Part shown: positions 17,880 through 28,262 of the stretch, piece by piece | How the letters are laid out: every line of letters starts with the position of its first letter | How positions within the stretch are numbered: the stretch's first letter is position 1 | Origin: an uncultured bacterium | GTDB taxonomy: Bacteria > Krumholzibacteriota > Krumholzibacteriia > LZORAL124-64-63 | Direction: 5' to 3' | Assembly: GCA_963727525.1 (NCBI GenBank) | Contig: CAVSGO010000007.1 | Coordinates: 2,240,001-2,304,000, forward strand | DNA length: 64,000 nt | Program-made: the position numbers and the translations under genes | The notes under the pieces: generated by a model | The model's input: the letters and a program-made list of their open reading frames with translations, nothing else | Told to the model about the DNA's origin: nothing | Database searches by the model: none

Positions 17880-18107
17880 CTACTTCCGCGGCATCAGCGC
17901 GCGCAGCTTCTCATACGCCTTCTGCTGCGCGTCCGGGCCGTTCTCGCCGGTGACGTCGGCGGGGAGAATAGCCTTGTCGTCGACGTCGACGGTATGCACG
18001 TCGCCGTCGTCGTCGGTCTGCATGTGGAGCTGGTCGCCGAGGTCCTGGTTGGGGATCGCCACCGAGAGGATGTTGCCGGTGGCGTCGCAATGAACGAAAA
18101 CTCGCAT
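17880..18107 (-). CDS. Small acidic hypothetical protein (75 aa)
   Basis: RBS GAGGGAG before ATG 18107, 11 nt after the upstream gene; GC3-biased codons. Confidence 0.6.
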   Translation of the reverse strand: MRVFVHCDATGNILSVAIPNQDLGDQLHMQTDDDGDVHTVDVDDKAILPADVTGENGPDAQQKAYEKLRALMPRK

Positions 18108-18118
18108 GGTCGGCTCCC

Positions 18119-18418
18119 TCATTCGCGGATGGTCGCCATGTGGATGGCGTACTTGGCCGACTTGGCGCCGGTGTTCTTGACCCAGAAGTGCACTTCCTTC
18201 TCGAAGCGGTGACCGTCGTAGTTCTCTCGATATTCCACGCGCGTCACCTCCACGCGAGCCGAGTCGCCCGGGCTGGGCGGGATGGTCAACGGGATCGACG
18301 CATCCACGCTGAACGCCCACACCCGCTCGGCGGCGGCGTTGTTCCACCACCAGTGTTGGGTCGTGCCGGGGTTGATGGCGGTGATATGACCGAGATGGGT
18401 GAACGAGACACTGGCCAT
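18119..18418 (-). CDS. Small Trp-rich beta-strand hypothetical protein (99 aa)
   Basis: RBS AGAGGAG, typical codon bias, no signal peptide. Confidence 0.65.
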   Translation of the reverse strand: MASVSFTHLGHITAINPGTTQHWWWNNAAAERVWAFSVDASIPLTIPPSPGDSARVEVTRVEYRENYDGHRFEKEVHFWVKNTGAKSAKYAIHMATIRE

Positions 18419-19107
18419 GGCGGATCTCCTCTGCGATGGGATCAGGATCGATCCCTATACAGGATCATATTTATCGCCTCAGGTACAGTGAAAACGGCTG
18501 ATCTTCAACGAAATGCGCCGATCGCGCGTCTCTGAGGCGGGAATGCGCGTGGGACGACGGCGAGGATGAAGCCAAGTCGAAATCGCGTGGGTGTCGCGCC
18601 CGGGATGAGGACCTGATACAATGAAATCGGCGAACGGAAGGCGGCGGGGATATTACCAGATTGCTCCGGTATGATCCACGGCGAAGGGTCTCGGCGCGAC
18701 GCAGTGATGCGATGAGAGGGGAACATGCGGGGATATCCATGAGCCGTGCTGGTGGCGACGCTCGCCCCGGCCGTCGCGGACGACGCCGCCTATTCCATCG
18801 GCGAGAGCACACATCGATCGCGTGCTATGACGTCACGGTTCTCGCGATCCCCCCGGGCGAGTCGCCCGGCACGCATCGACCGTCGGTCACGTCGTCCAGG
18901 TACTTCCGTCCTACGGGCCAAGCGACGAGAGGCCAATCACGCTTGCGTCACTTCCGTGTTGCGACAGGAAGCGCGAGAGATACGGGGCAAACCTCGATTT
19001 CCGCACTCGAGCCCGCGTTCTGCAGTATCATCAACTAAGAAAATTCAGGAATGGCGCTCGGCAGATCCGACCAACCTGCTCCGACCCCAACGCCCGGGAG
19101 GAGTCTC

Positions 19108-21285
19108 ATGCGTCCCGCCACGACCGTCATGCTGACCGTGATCCTTGCTGGCGCCGGCGCCGCCGCGGCCCTCGATTGCTTCGACTACCCCGGCGCGTTT
19201 CAACCCCAGGGCCGGGTGGACGTGGTCCACAACGCGCCCGCCGAGCTCGCCGTCGTCGGCAGCGCCGCCTACTCGATCGGGACTGGCGATGCTATGGTGG
19301 CGGTGTACGACCTGTCCGATCTCGCCCACCCGCACCAGGTGGGGACCTTGCCGCTGCCGGCCGCGCCCCGGGCCCTGGCCGCCGGGAGCGCGGGCCTACT
19401 GGTCGCCGTTCCCGGCCTCGGCCTCGTCCACTACGACCTCGCCGATCTCCTCGCCCCCGTGGCCCGCGATACTCTCGACCTCGGAGCGGACGTGGTGGAC
19501 GTGGCCCTCTCCGGTGATCTCGCCGCGGTCGGCCTGCTGGGCGGTACGGCACGGATGGTGACGCTCGCGTACCCGTTCGGGATGATCGGCCTGGGCAGCG
19601 TGAGCTCCCCATCCGGCGTGACCGCCGTGGCTCTCGCTGGCAACCGCCTCGGCGTGGGCACAGCGACGGTCGGCGTGCTGATCTACGACATCAGTGATCC
19701 GTCCGCGCCGTCCGGCCGCGGCTCGGTGGGCTTTCCGAGCGCCGTCGTGAAGCTGGATGCCCGCGATGGACTGCTCGTGGCCACCGGACTCGCGCCCGGC
19801 GGCGGCTGGCTCATGGACGCGTACACCATCGACGACGCGCCATACCTGCTGGCGACCCTGAGCGATACCGACGCGGCCGCGATCGCGCCGACGCCCCGCG
19901 TCACGGCGGCCGACCGCGTGATCCTGTCCGCGTCCGCTGGTGGCGTGCGCGAGTACCGCGTGGACGTCGCGGGATTCGCGTTAACCGGACTCGTCCCGGG
20001 AGATCTCGTCGATGCGGCCCGCGACGCGACCCGATTCGTCGCGCTGTCGCCCGACGGCCTCATCACGGGGTCGGATGGTGTCTTCCCCCCGGCACCGATC
20101 ATCGCCGAGGGCGCCGGCACGGTCATGATGTCCCGCAACGGGTTCATCTACTCGGCTCAAAGCGAGTTCATCAAGATCATCGACGTCAGCGATCCGGCGG
20201 CGGCGTCGGTTGTCGGCGATCTCGTCTTCGGTTCCATCCATTCGGACAAGCGGGCGCTCGCGCTCGCAGGCACCGTGCTCTACGTGGGCAACGCCCTGTC
20301 TTCGGTCGAGATGTTCGACGTGCAGGATCCGACAAACCCCGTGGCGGCCGGGTCGTTCGACGTGGCGGGCGGAGCCTCGGGACTCGTGGTGGACGGCAAC
20401 GCGCTCTACGTGGCATCACCGGGCGGCACACTCGCGATCTACGACGTCACCGATCCGGCCACACCGCAGATCCTCGGCGCGCTCGTGGCAGACATCTCGG
20501 TACACCCGCACATGGTCAAGCGCGGCGACACGCTGCTGCTGAGCGGGCCGACCTACGGGATCGATGTCTACGACGTCTCCGATCCCCAGGCGCCGGTCCA
20601 CGCCGGCGTGCTTTCCGGACGCAACTACATCTCCGCGCTCGCGATCGCGGGAGACCGTCTGCTGGTGACCGATCGCGTGCTGCCCGTCCAGGTATGGCGG
20701 TGGAACCCGACGTCCCGATCATGGGATCTCGCCGGCGAGGTGCCCTTCGCCCGCACGCTGGACATCGCCGTCGCCGGAGACGTGGGCTACGTGCTCCATG
20801 AATTCGGCAACGTCGCGGTGCTCGATCTGAGCGGCACCGGCGTCCCGTCGATCACCGCCCTCCACCCCACGGGCGATACGACGCGCGCCTCCTTGCTGGC
20901 CACCGGGTCCTGGTGGTCCGCGACCGACTTCGCCCGTGAGTTCCGCATCTTCCCCCCCGCATGCGTCGAGGCGCCGATGGCGGTGGAGCCAGGGCCGGTG
21001 CCGGCACCCGCCGCAGCGACGCTGAACGCCGCACCCAACCCCTTCAACCCGCGCACGACGTTCGACTTCGCGTTGCCCCGCGCCGGTCACGCGACGTTGC
21101 GCGTGTACGATCTGCGCGGCCAGCTCGTCACGACGCTCATCGACGGGCGGCTAGACGCGGGACCGCAGCAGGTCGACTGGAACGGCACGGATGCGGCCGG
21201 GCGGCCGTTGCCGTCGGGCGTGTATCACGCGCGGCTGACATCGGCAGGAGTCGTCGCGAGTCGCGCGGTCAGTCTGCTGAAATAG
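19108..21285 (+). CDS. Secreted LVIVD-repeat beta-propeller protein with FlgD/T9SS-CTD-like domain
   Basis: RBS GGAGGAG; repeats IYDISDP, IIDVSDP, FDVQDP, IYDVTDP; C-terminal APNPFNPRTTF...PSGVYHARL. Confidence 0.85.
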   Translation: MRPATTVMLTVILAGAGAAAALDCFDYPGAFQPQGRVDVVHNAPAELAVVGSAAYSIGTGDAMVAVYDLSDLAHPHQVGTLPLPAAPRALAAGSAGLLVAVPGLGLVHYDLADLLAPVARDTLDLGADVVDVALSGDLAAVGLLGGTARMVTLAYPFGMIGLGSVSSPSGVTAVALAGNRLGVGTATVGVLIYDISDPSAPSGRGSVGFPSAVVKLDARDGLLVATGLAPGGGWLMDAYTIDDAPYLLATLSDTDAAAIAPTPRVTAADRVILSASAGGVREYRVDVAGFALTGLVPGDLVDAARDATRFVALSPDGLITGSDGVFPPAPIIAEGAGTVMMSRNGFIYSAQSEFIKIIDVSDPAAASVVGDLVFGSIHSDKRALALAGTVLYVGNALSSVEMFDVQDPTNPVAAGSFDVAGGASGLVVDGNALYVASPGGTLAIYDVTDPATPQILGALVADISVHPHMVKRGDTLLLSGPTYGIDVYDVSDPQAPVHAGVLSGRNYISALAIAGDRLLVTDRVLPVQVWRWNPTSRSWDLAGEVPFARTLDIAVAGDVGYVLHEFGNVAVLDLSGTGVPSITALHPTGDTTRASLLATGSWWSATDFAREFRIFPPACVEAPMAVEPGPVPAPAAATLNAAPNPFNPRTTFDFALPRAGHATLRVYDLRGQLVTTLIDGRLDAGPQQVDWNGTDAAGRPLPSGVYHARLTSAGVVASRAVSLLK

Positions 21286-21414
21286 TGGCACGCTGGCTTT
21301 GCCCCATCGCGCCCGCTGGTCGATGTGCGCTCTCAACGCGGCCACGACTCGCGCGGACGCGCCCGGCGCCGGCGCCAACGCGTTGAGCAGCCGGATCGGC
21401 CCTGTCACGATCGC

Positions 21415-21810
21415 TCACTTTTCGCGCGCCACGCGGATGCTCGTCTCGATCTCGCTGCGCAGCTGCTTCTTCACCGCGCACAGGTTCATCGCGTGGGCGA
21501 TGGCGCGATCGTACTTCTCGGGGAAGTCCGTGGCGACATGCAGCACGAGGTCGAGCCGCGAGAGCCGGCCGTCGTCACCGCGCGTGAGGTCCAGGTCCAG
21601 GCCTCGCGGCGCCGCGAGATGGCGCTCATCGCAGAACGACTTGGCGTAGATCCCCGCACACGTGGCGATCGACGCCAGGAAGAGCTGGAACGGCTCGGGC
21701 GCCGCACCCTCGCCGCCGCTGGCGACGGCCTGATCGGTGGGGATGCGATGACCGAGAATGGCGGCGTCGACGCGCTTGCCGCCGGGGAAGCTGACCTCGA
21801 CCAGGGGCAC
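21415..21810 (-). CDS. OsmC/Ohr family protein
   Basis: TDQAVASGGEGAAPEPFQLFLASIATC and second Cys NLCAVK; RBS AAGGAG before GTG. Confidence 0.85.
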   Translation of the reverse strand: MPLVEVSFPGGKRVDAAILGHRIPTDQAVASGGEGAAPEPFQLFLASIATCAGIYAKSFCDERHLAAPRGLDLDLTRGDDGRLSRLDLVLHVATDFPEKYDRAIAHAMNLCAVKKQLRSEIETSIRVAREK

Positions 21811-22210
21811 GGTGGATTCTCCTTGGCTCGTGGGAGGCTGGTGCGGAAGCAGCCCGCACGCATCCGCGAGTATACCTCGATACTAGGGAATCGTGGCCCC
21901 GGAGACCACGGATTTCGGGAGGGTCCGGGCGGCCCTCGCGCATCAGCCGGGCCTCGACCTCGGCCCCGCCGCGTACGAGCGGGTATCAGGGCAGGCGGTG
22001 CACCGGCGGCATCGCCCCCCGGGGGGCGTTATCGGAGTAATCAATTGTTTTATTTTCACTTACGATATTTGATGTCCGGCGGCCAGCCGGGGCAGTTCGA
22101 CATTACCCATTCGCTGAGTCTATCACCGGCGCCGTCGCCAATGGATTTGAGATCAACAATTAACACCATTAATCACTAAATATATTTTCGCCTTCATGGC
22201 GAAAAATCAC

Positions 22211-22240
22211 CTGGCAAAACAGACAAATGTCTATTATCCT
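22211..22240 (+). promoter_or_regulatory. imuA promoter with candidate LexA operator CAGAC-N4-GTCT
   Basis: TGGCAA-17 nt-TATCCT with CAGACAAATGTCTA (22220-22233) in the spacer. Confidence 0.65.
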
Positions 22241-22284
22241 GAGAGCCACCCCCGCGCCTGCCGCGGGGCCGGAAGGAGGATGGC

Positions 22285-22929
22285 GTGGCGGAACCTGCTC
22301 GTGATCTCGCGGCCATCCTCGAGCATCCGGCGCTGATCCGGCTGCGGGTGCCGGCACCCGAGACAGAGGCGCGGCCGACGTGGTCGCGGGCGGAGCTGGT
22401 CGGCCGGCTCTGCGAACTCACGCCGGGAGCGGCGTCGGCGGTGCTGAGCGCGGCGTGTCTACTCGTGCGGGAGGTGCAGGAGGCGGGCGAGCCGGCGGCG
22501 TGGATCGCCACCGGACGCGATCTCGTCTACCCGCCCGACGTGGCGGCCAGCGGCGTCGACCTGGCGGCCCTGCCGGTGGTGCGGGCGCCGGACAGTACGG
22601 CGGCGGGGCGCGCAGCCGATCTGCTGCTGCGCTCGGGAGCCTTCGCGCTGGTGGTGCTGGACCTTGGCCCGGGCGCGCGGCTCGCCGCGCCGCAGCAGAG
22701 CCGGCTGGTGCAACTCGCGCTCAAGCACGAGGCGGTGGTGCTCTGCCTCACCACCACACCGCCCGACGCGCCGTCGCTCGGCTCGCTGGTGTCGCTGCGG
22801 GCCACGGCCACGCGGCGGCGGCTGGGGCCGGGGCGGTACGCGTGCGAGATCACGGCGCTCAAGGACAAGCGGCGCGGCCCCGGCTGGCGCTGGCGAGAGG
22901 TGTGTCATGGCCCGGATGGATTGCTCTGA
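22285..22929 (+). CDS. imuA: ImuA-like (RecA/SulA-related) translesion synthesis accessory protein
   Basis: GRLCEL, AAWIA, YPPDVAASGVDL, LLRSGAFALVVLD; degenerate Walker A; overlaps imuB. Confidence 0.8.
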   Translation: MAEPARDLAAILEHPALIRLRVPAPETEARPTWSRAELVGRLCELTPGAASAVLSAACLLVREVQEAGEPAAWIATGRDLVYPPDVAASGVDLAALPVVRAPDSTAAGRAADLLLRSGAFALVVLDLGPGARLAAPQQSRLVQLALKHEAVVLCLTTTPPDAPSLGSLVSLRATATRRRLGPGRYACEITALKDKRRGPGWRWREVCHGPDGLL

Positions 22930-24385
22930 ACGACGCGATCATGCCGACCGTCTGGCCTGCGTCGATCTGCCCGCCTGGCCGCTGCAGATCCTGCTGCGCC
23001 GTCAACCCGCGTGGCGCGAAGGGGCGGCCGCGGTGACGGCCGAGGACAGCCCGCAGGCGCCGCTGCTGTGGGTGAACGAGGCGGCGATGCGCGGCGGCGT
23101 GTTGCCGGGCATGCGCTACGCCACGGCCCTCTCGCTCGATCGCAGCCTGCGCGCCGGTACGGTGTCGCCCGCCGAGATCACGGCGGCGAACACGCGGCTG
23201 CACCGGCACCTGTTGCGCTTCAGCCCGCGCGTCGAGCCAGCGGCGCACGAACCGGGCGTGTTCTGGCTCGACGCGCGTGGGCTGGTGCGGCTGCACGGGT
23301 CGCTCGCACGCTGGGCCGAGCGGCTGCAGCGGCGTCTGGTGCGCGCGGGCTTCGCGGTGAACGTGGCGGTGGGCTTCGGGCGTTTCGGTAGTTATTGCCT
23401 GGCGCGCACACGCGCGGGCGTGACCATCGCCGCGACGCCGGCCGACGAGCGGCGCGGCCTGCGCGACGTGCCGCTGGCGCGGCTGCGCCTCGACCCGCGC
23501 CTGCGCGACGACCTGCGGCGGCTCGGCGTGGTCACCGTGGGCGAGCTGATCGATCTGCCCGCCGTCGGCGTGGGCGCGCGCTTCGGCGAGGCCGCGGCGG
23601 CGCTGCACCGGCTCGCACGCGGCGACAGTTTCGCGCCCCTGCAACCGCAGCGGCCGCCCGAGGCGCCACGCACCGGCGAGCTGCTCGACGAACCGGAGAC
23701 CGACGCCTGGCGTCTGCTCTTCCTGATCAAGCGCTTGCTGCACCCGCTGCTGCCGCCCCTGGCCGACCGCGGCCGCGCGGTGAGCACCCTGCACCTCGAG
23801 CTGAAGCTGGCCGACCGTGCCGGCACCCGCCGGCGCGAGACGCTGGAGCCGGCCGCCCCCACTCTCGACGCCGTGCTGCTGCTCGAGCTGGTGCGCCTGC
23901 GCCTGGAACGCCTCGATCTCGCCGCGGGCATCGAGCAGGTGACGCTCACGCTCGCCGACACGGTGGCACCATCGGGCGCGCTCGATCTCTTCGGCCAGCA
24001 GCGCCGCCGCAACCTCACCGCCGCCGATCGCGCGCTGGCCCGCGTGCGCGCCGAGCTGGGCGACCAGGCCGTCGTGCACGCCGAGCTGCAGGGCGCGCAC
24101 CGGCCCGAGGCGCGCTTTCGCTGGACGCCGCTCACCACGCTGCCGGCCGCGGCCCCTCGCCCCCGCGGTCCGCGGCTGGTGCGGCGTCTGCGGTGGCATC
24201 CGCAGCCGGTGGCGGCTCCGCGCAGCGAGGACCTCTGCGGCGGCCCTTATCTCATCGCGGAAGGCTGGTGGCGCGGCGAGACGCGGCGCATCTACCTCTT
24301 TGCCGCGGCGCGCGACGGCGCCCTGCACTGGCTCTTCTACGACCCGCGGCAGCGCCGCTGGTACCGGCAGGGCGGGGTGGAATAG
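22907..24385 (+). CDS. imuB: ImuB, catalytically inactive Y-family polymerase
   Basis: LACVDLPAWPLQ, GVLPGM, FSPRVE, FWLDARG, clamp-like ALDLF, ImuB-C-like GPYLIAEGWW. Confidence 0.88.
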   Translation: MARMDCSERRDHADRLACVDLPAWPLQILLRRQPAWREGAAAVTAEDSPQAPLLWVNEAAMRGGVLPGMRYATALSLDRSLRAGTVSPAEITAANTRLHRHLLRFSPRVEPAAHEPGVFWLDARGLVRLHGSLARWAERLQRRLVRAGFAVNVAVGFGRFGSYCLARTRAGVTIAATPADERRGLRDVPLARLRLDPRLRDDLRRLGVVTVGELIDLPAVGVGARFGEAAAALHRLARGDSFAPLQPQRPPEAPRTGELLDEPETDAWRLLFLIKRLLHPLLPPLADRGRAVSTLHLELKLADRAGTRRRETLEPAAPTLDAVLLLELVRLRLERLDLAAGIEQVTLTLADTVAPSGALDLFGQQRRRNLTAADRALARVRAELGDQAVVHAELQGAHRPEARFRWTPLTTLPAAAPRPRGPRLVRRLRWHPQPVAAPRSEDLCGGPYLIAEGWWRGETRRIYLFAAARDGALHWLFYDPRQRRWYRQGGVE

Positions 24386-24509
24386 TCCGGTGTACCTCGA
24401 CGATCTTCGAGGCACGCGTCGAATCAAGCTTCAGGCAACGGGACCCCGGCCGATAAAGAATCGTCGTATCCATCGAGCGCGTCCACGTCGCCTCACCCGG
24501 GAGACCTCC

Positions 24510-26186
24510 ATGGCTTGCCCGTCCGTCCGCCTTCTCCTGGTCGAGAGTGACGAGTCCGCCGCCCTCGCCATCCAGGATGCGCTCACGAGCTGCAAGATGA
24601 CGGCGTATTCCGTCCGCCACGCTACCAGCCTCGCGGCAGCGTCCGCCATAGTCCAGACCGAGGTCGTCGACATCGTCCTGGTGGCATTGATGCTGCCCGA
24701 CTCCGAGGGCGAAGACACCATCACCGTGCTCCGCCAGGCAACCCGCAACCGGGTCCCAATCATCGTCCTGACCGAGTCCGAGGCTTCGGACCTGATCACG
24801 CGCAGCTTGCAGATCGGCGCCCAGGACGTCGTGGCGAAGCACAGCTTCAGCAACGCCATGCTCTGCCGCACGATACAGTTCGCGATCCACCGCAAGCGCC
24901 TGGAAGTGAAGTTGCAGGAGCAAGCCCGGGTCACCGAGATCGTGATCTCCACCATCCCCCACTGCGTGTTCTGGAAGGACCGCGATTGCAACTACCTCGG
25001 CTGCAACCAGCAGTTCGCCACGGCCGCGGGTCTCGAATCTCCCGGCCAGATCGTCGGCATGAACGACTACCAGCTCGCCTGGAAGAAGGAGGAGTCGGAC
25101 TTCTACCGCTCCTGTGATCAGCAGGTCATGGACAGCGACACGCCCATGTTGAACTTCGCGGAAACACAGAAGACGGCCAGCGGTCAGGAGCTGAATCTCC
25201 TCACCAGCAAGGTGCCGCTCAAGAACGACGACGGGGCCGTGATCGGCATCCTCGGCATGTTCCTCGACATCACCGAACGCCGGCGGCTCGAGGAGAAGCT
25301 GGAGGAGCGCTCCCGGTCGCTCGAGGACATCAACAAGAAGCTGATGACCAGCCAGAGCCAGCTCGTGCAATCGGAGAAGATGGCGTCGATCGGCCAGCTC
25401 GCGGCCGGCGTGGCGCATGACATCAACAATCCGGTCGGGTTCGTGATGAGCAATCTCGGTACGCTCGCGGAATACCTGCAGACGCTCCGCACCGCACTGG
25501 ACGCCTACCGGGCACTGGCCGCCCACATCGATGACGACCACGACGACGAGCGCACGCGCCTGCGCGCCGAGATCGCCAGCATCGAGGCCCGGGAAGACCT
25601 CGGATTCATCCTGGAAGACGCGATCCAGCTCCTCGATGAATCCCAGGACGGGGCCAAGCGCATCAAGGAGATCGTGCAGAACCTGCGGAGCTTCGCGCGT
25701 CTCGACGAGGCGCAGGTCGCCGAGGTCGACCTGAACAAGGGTATCGAATCGACGCTGAACATCGTCTGGAACGAGCTGAAATACAAGTGCACCGTCACGC
25801 GGGACTACGGCGACATCCCCACGCTGCGCTGTTTCCCCGGCCAGCTCAACCAGGTGTTCATGAACCTGCTCGTCAACGCCGGCCAGGCGATCGAGGAGAA
25901 GGGCGAGATCTCCATCAAGACCTGGGTCGACGATGACGAGATCCACGTGCGGATCAGCGACACGGGCCAGGGCATCCCGACGGAGAATCTCTCGCGATTG
26001 TTCGATCCGTTCTTCACCACGAAGCCGGTCGGCAAGGGCACGGGGCTGGGGCTGTCGGTGTCCTATGGGATCGTCCAGAAGCACGGCGGGCGCATCGAGG
26101 TCGCGAGCGAGGTGGGCAAGGGCACGGCGTTCACCGTGTCGTTGCCGCTGGTGGGTGCGACGGATGCGGTGATACAGCCTGCGTGA
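24510..26186 (+). CDS. Hybrid sensor kinase: receiver-like, PAS/PAC, HisKA, HATPase
   Basis: N-terminal REC fold; [59 protein letters not shown]. Confidence 0.92.
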   Translation: MACPSVRLLLVESDESAALAIQDALTSCKMTAYSVRHATSLAAASAIVQTEVVDIVLVALMLPDSEGEDTITVLRQATRNRVPIIVLTESEASDLITRSLQIGAQDVVAKHSFSNAMLCRTIQFAIHRKRLEVKLQEQARVTEIVISTIPHCVFWKDRDCNYLGCNQQFATAAGLESPGQIVGMNDYQLAWKKEESDFYRSCDQQVMDSDTPMLNFAETQKTASGQELNLLTSKVPLKNDDGAVIGILGMFLDITERRRLEEKLEERSRSLEDINKKLMTSQSQLVQSEKMASIGQLAAGVAHDINNPVGFVMSNLGTLAEYLQTLRTALDAYRALAAHIDDDHDDERTRLRAEIASIEAREDLGFILEDAIQLLDESQDGAKRIKEIVQNLRSFARLDEAQVAEVDLNKGIESTLNIVWNELKYKCTVTRDYGDIPTLRCFPGQLNQVFMNLLVNAGQAIEEKGEISIKTWVDDDEIHVRISDTGQGIPTENLSRLFDPFFTTKPVGKGTGLGLSVSYGIVQKHGGRIEVASEVGKGTAFTVSLPLVGATDAVIQPA

Positions 26187-27600
26187 GATCCGGCCGGTAC
26201 TCGTAGAGGTAGAAGTTCTCGTAATAATTCAGAAGTAGAGGGTCGGTGACCTCGTAACGCAGGGTCAGCTGTGCCGCGCCTGGGTCCGCAAGCGGGTGGT
26301 TCAGGACGAGCATGGCTCCCGGTTTCCAGCCAGGTGCATGAGCACAACGCGATAGCACCTCGTCCGGCGGCAACTTCTGATTGTCACCCCATTGCTTGTC
26401 GAAGACGATGAACGTGCCCTTCGCCTGGATGTCCGCGTACCAGAATTTCGTGTGTGGCAGGTACGGCAGGATCGCGCTCGTGGGAGCGGACTCGTAGGCG
26501 AAAAACGGTCGATCCTCCAGCCCGTGCTCATTGATGTAGCTCGCCACCGACCGCGAACCCGAGAAGAGACCGCGTGCGTCATACCAGTGCGCGTGCACGG
26601 CGTACGGCAGCGACAGGATGAACGTCACGCCGCAGATCGCAAGCGTCGCCCGCCACAGGCGGTCGCGATCCGCCTGCCGCTCCTCGTTGGCAATCCAGAG
26701 CGCGAACACGAAAAAGATCAACAGGAACCCATGGTGGCGAAGTTCGCCGCCGTGCTTCGTGACGAAGACGGCGAAGGGGCCAGCGAGCCCGCACGCCAGC
26801 AACCACAGTGCGGCCTTGGAACGGCGCCAGAGCATGACGACGGCGACAGCCGGAAGGATCACCAGCACGGCCAGCACCTGGTTGGGAAAGCCGGGCAGGA
26901 ACGCGTCCTTCAACGCCAGAACTGGCGCGAGCACCTTGAAGTTCAGCTTTTCGCCGATGAGCGCGTTCGGAGTCGAAGACCGGAGTTGCAGGAGCGCGAG
27001 CAGCCCGCCGAGCACCATCACACCGGCGGCGACGAGGCCACGACGCGGCATGTAACCACGGCGGGCCAGGTCGACGAGGAAGAGAACGCCGATGGCGAAC
27101 GCCATGCTCAGCGAATGGACGTTCGTGTTGGCGAGCAGGGCGACCGCGAGTCCGTAGACGAGCGGCCTCTCGAAACGGTGCCGATACATCGCTGCCATGA
27201 AGAAGAGCAGGACGATGGTGATATTGTAGTTCCGGGCGATCACCGCGTATTCGTAAGACATGTAGTACGAGAAGATGAAGAGCACCTTGAACCAGAGCGG
27301 AAACGGGGCGCGCCAGAGCAGCAGCGCCACGGCCGCGATGGCGATCAGCACGTGCAGCACATGCTCTGCCGCGAATGGCGCTCCGAAATGGGCGAACGGG
27401 TAGAGCATCAGGTGCCACAGCGCCGGCGTGCCCTCGAGCCCCATCATCCCGATCACCCCGGGCAGCGGCAGGTCCCTGGCGATCATCCACGCCTGGCCCT
27501 CGTCCCGCCACGGTTCGTGGTGGGCGGCCGAGAACGCGACCAGCGCGGCATAGAGGACGAGAATGACAACGGGAATCCAACGCGGATGCGAGTGCGGCAT
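26131..27600 (-). CDS. Polytopic membrane protein, GT-C fold glycosyltransferase-like
   Basis: About 11 TM helices; first loop HHEPWRDEGQAW with acidic DE pair; EYAVIARNY; divergent from gtrA. Confidence 0.65.
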   Translation of the reverse strand: MPHSHPRWIPVVILVLYAALVAFSAAHHEPWRDEGQAWMIARDLPLPGVIGMMGLEGTPALWHLMLYPFAHFGAPFAAEHVLHVLIAIAAVALLLWRAPFPLWFKVLFIFSYYMSYEYAVIARNYNITIVLLFFMAAMYRHRFERPLVYGLAVALLANTNVHSLSMAFAIGVLFLVDLARRGYMPRRGLVAAGVMVLGGLLALLQLRSSTPNALIGEKLNFKVLAPVLALKDAFLPGFPNQVLAVLVILPAVAVVMLWRRSKAALWLLACGLAGPFAVFVTKHGGELRHHGFLLIFFVFALWIANEERQADRDRLWRATLAICGVTFILSLPYAVHAHWYDARGLFSGSRSVASYINEHGLEDRPFFAYESAPTSAILPYLPHTKFWYADIQAKGTFIVFDKQWGDNQKLPPDEVLSRCAHAPGWKPGAMLVLNHPLADPGAAQLTLRYEVTDPLLLNYYENFYLYEYRPDLTQAVSPHPSHPPAATTR

Positions 27601-27835
27601 CGTATTCCTTCTCGAATCGGCAGATCGGGTACGGCGCGGGTCGGAGCCCGTCAATTATACCGGCTTCCACGGCCGCTCACCAGGCTATCCTGTTCAAACG
27701 CTGTTCGATCGGTTATCTTGCCGTCGGCGTTAGCGATGACTTCAAGTTGATGTGACGCCATGTTCTTTGCTATAATATCCTATTCACGGCGCCGCGCTGG
27801 CGCACACTCACGGCGCCAACGACGGGGTCGCGGCA

Positions 27836-28258
27836 TTGTCACTGGCCAAGGCGTTTCGCGGCGCGACCGACAGCACGCTGATCCAGCTATTCCGCTATCT
27901 CTTCGTGGGCGGAACGGCCTTCGTGGTCGATTTCGGGTCGCTCTGGTTCCTGGCCGGCGTCGTCGGCATCCACTACCTGGTGGCCGCCGCCCTGGCGTTC
28001 ATCCTGGGGCTGGTGACCAATTACGCCCTGAGCATCCGGTGGGTCTTCTCGTCCCGGACGATGGGCAATCGCCTGCTCGAGTTCACCGTGTTCGGCGCGA
28101 TCGGGCTCGTGGGCCTCGGCCTGAATGAGCTCGTGATCTGGCAGTGCACCGAGAGTCTGGGGTTCTATTACCTCGTGTCCAAGGTCGTCGCCTCCGCGAT
28201 CGTCCTGTTCTGGAACTTCTTCGCCCGCAAGTACGCCCTTTTTCGGCAGGAGCGCTGA
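27836..28258 (+). CDS. GtrA family polyprenyl-phosphate sugar flippase
   Basis: [31 protein letters not shown]; four TM segments. Confidence 0.9.
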   Translation: MSLAKAFRGATDSTLIQLFRYLFVGGTAFVVDFGSLWFLAGVVGIHYLVAAALAFILGLVTNYALSIRWVFSSRTMGNRLLEFTVFGAIGLVGLGLNELVIWQCTESLGFYYLVSKVVASAIVLFWNFFARKYALFRQER

Positions 28259-28262
28259 CGCG

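Noticed and set aside
18440-19050. Long intergenic region containing GGCAAACC and a possible decayed signal-peptide ORF near 18725
   Set aside because: Lacks the GAAA tetraloop and GACGCAAAG elements of c-di-GMP-I riboswitches; coding remnant too weak to call
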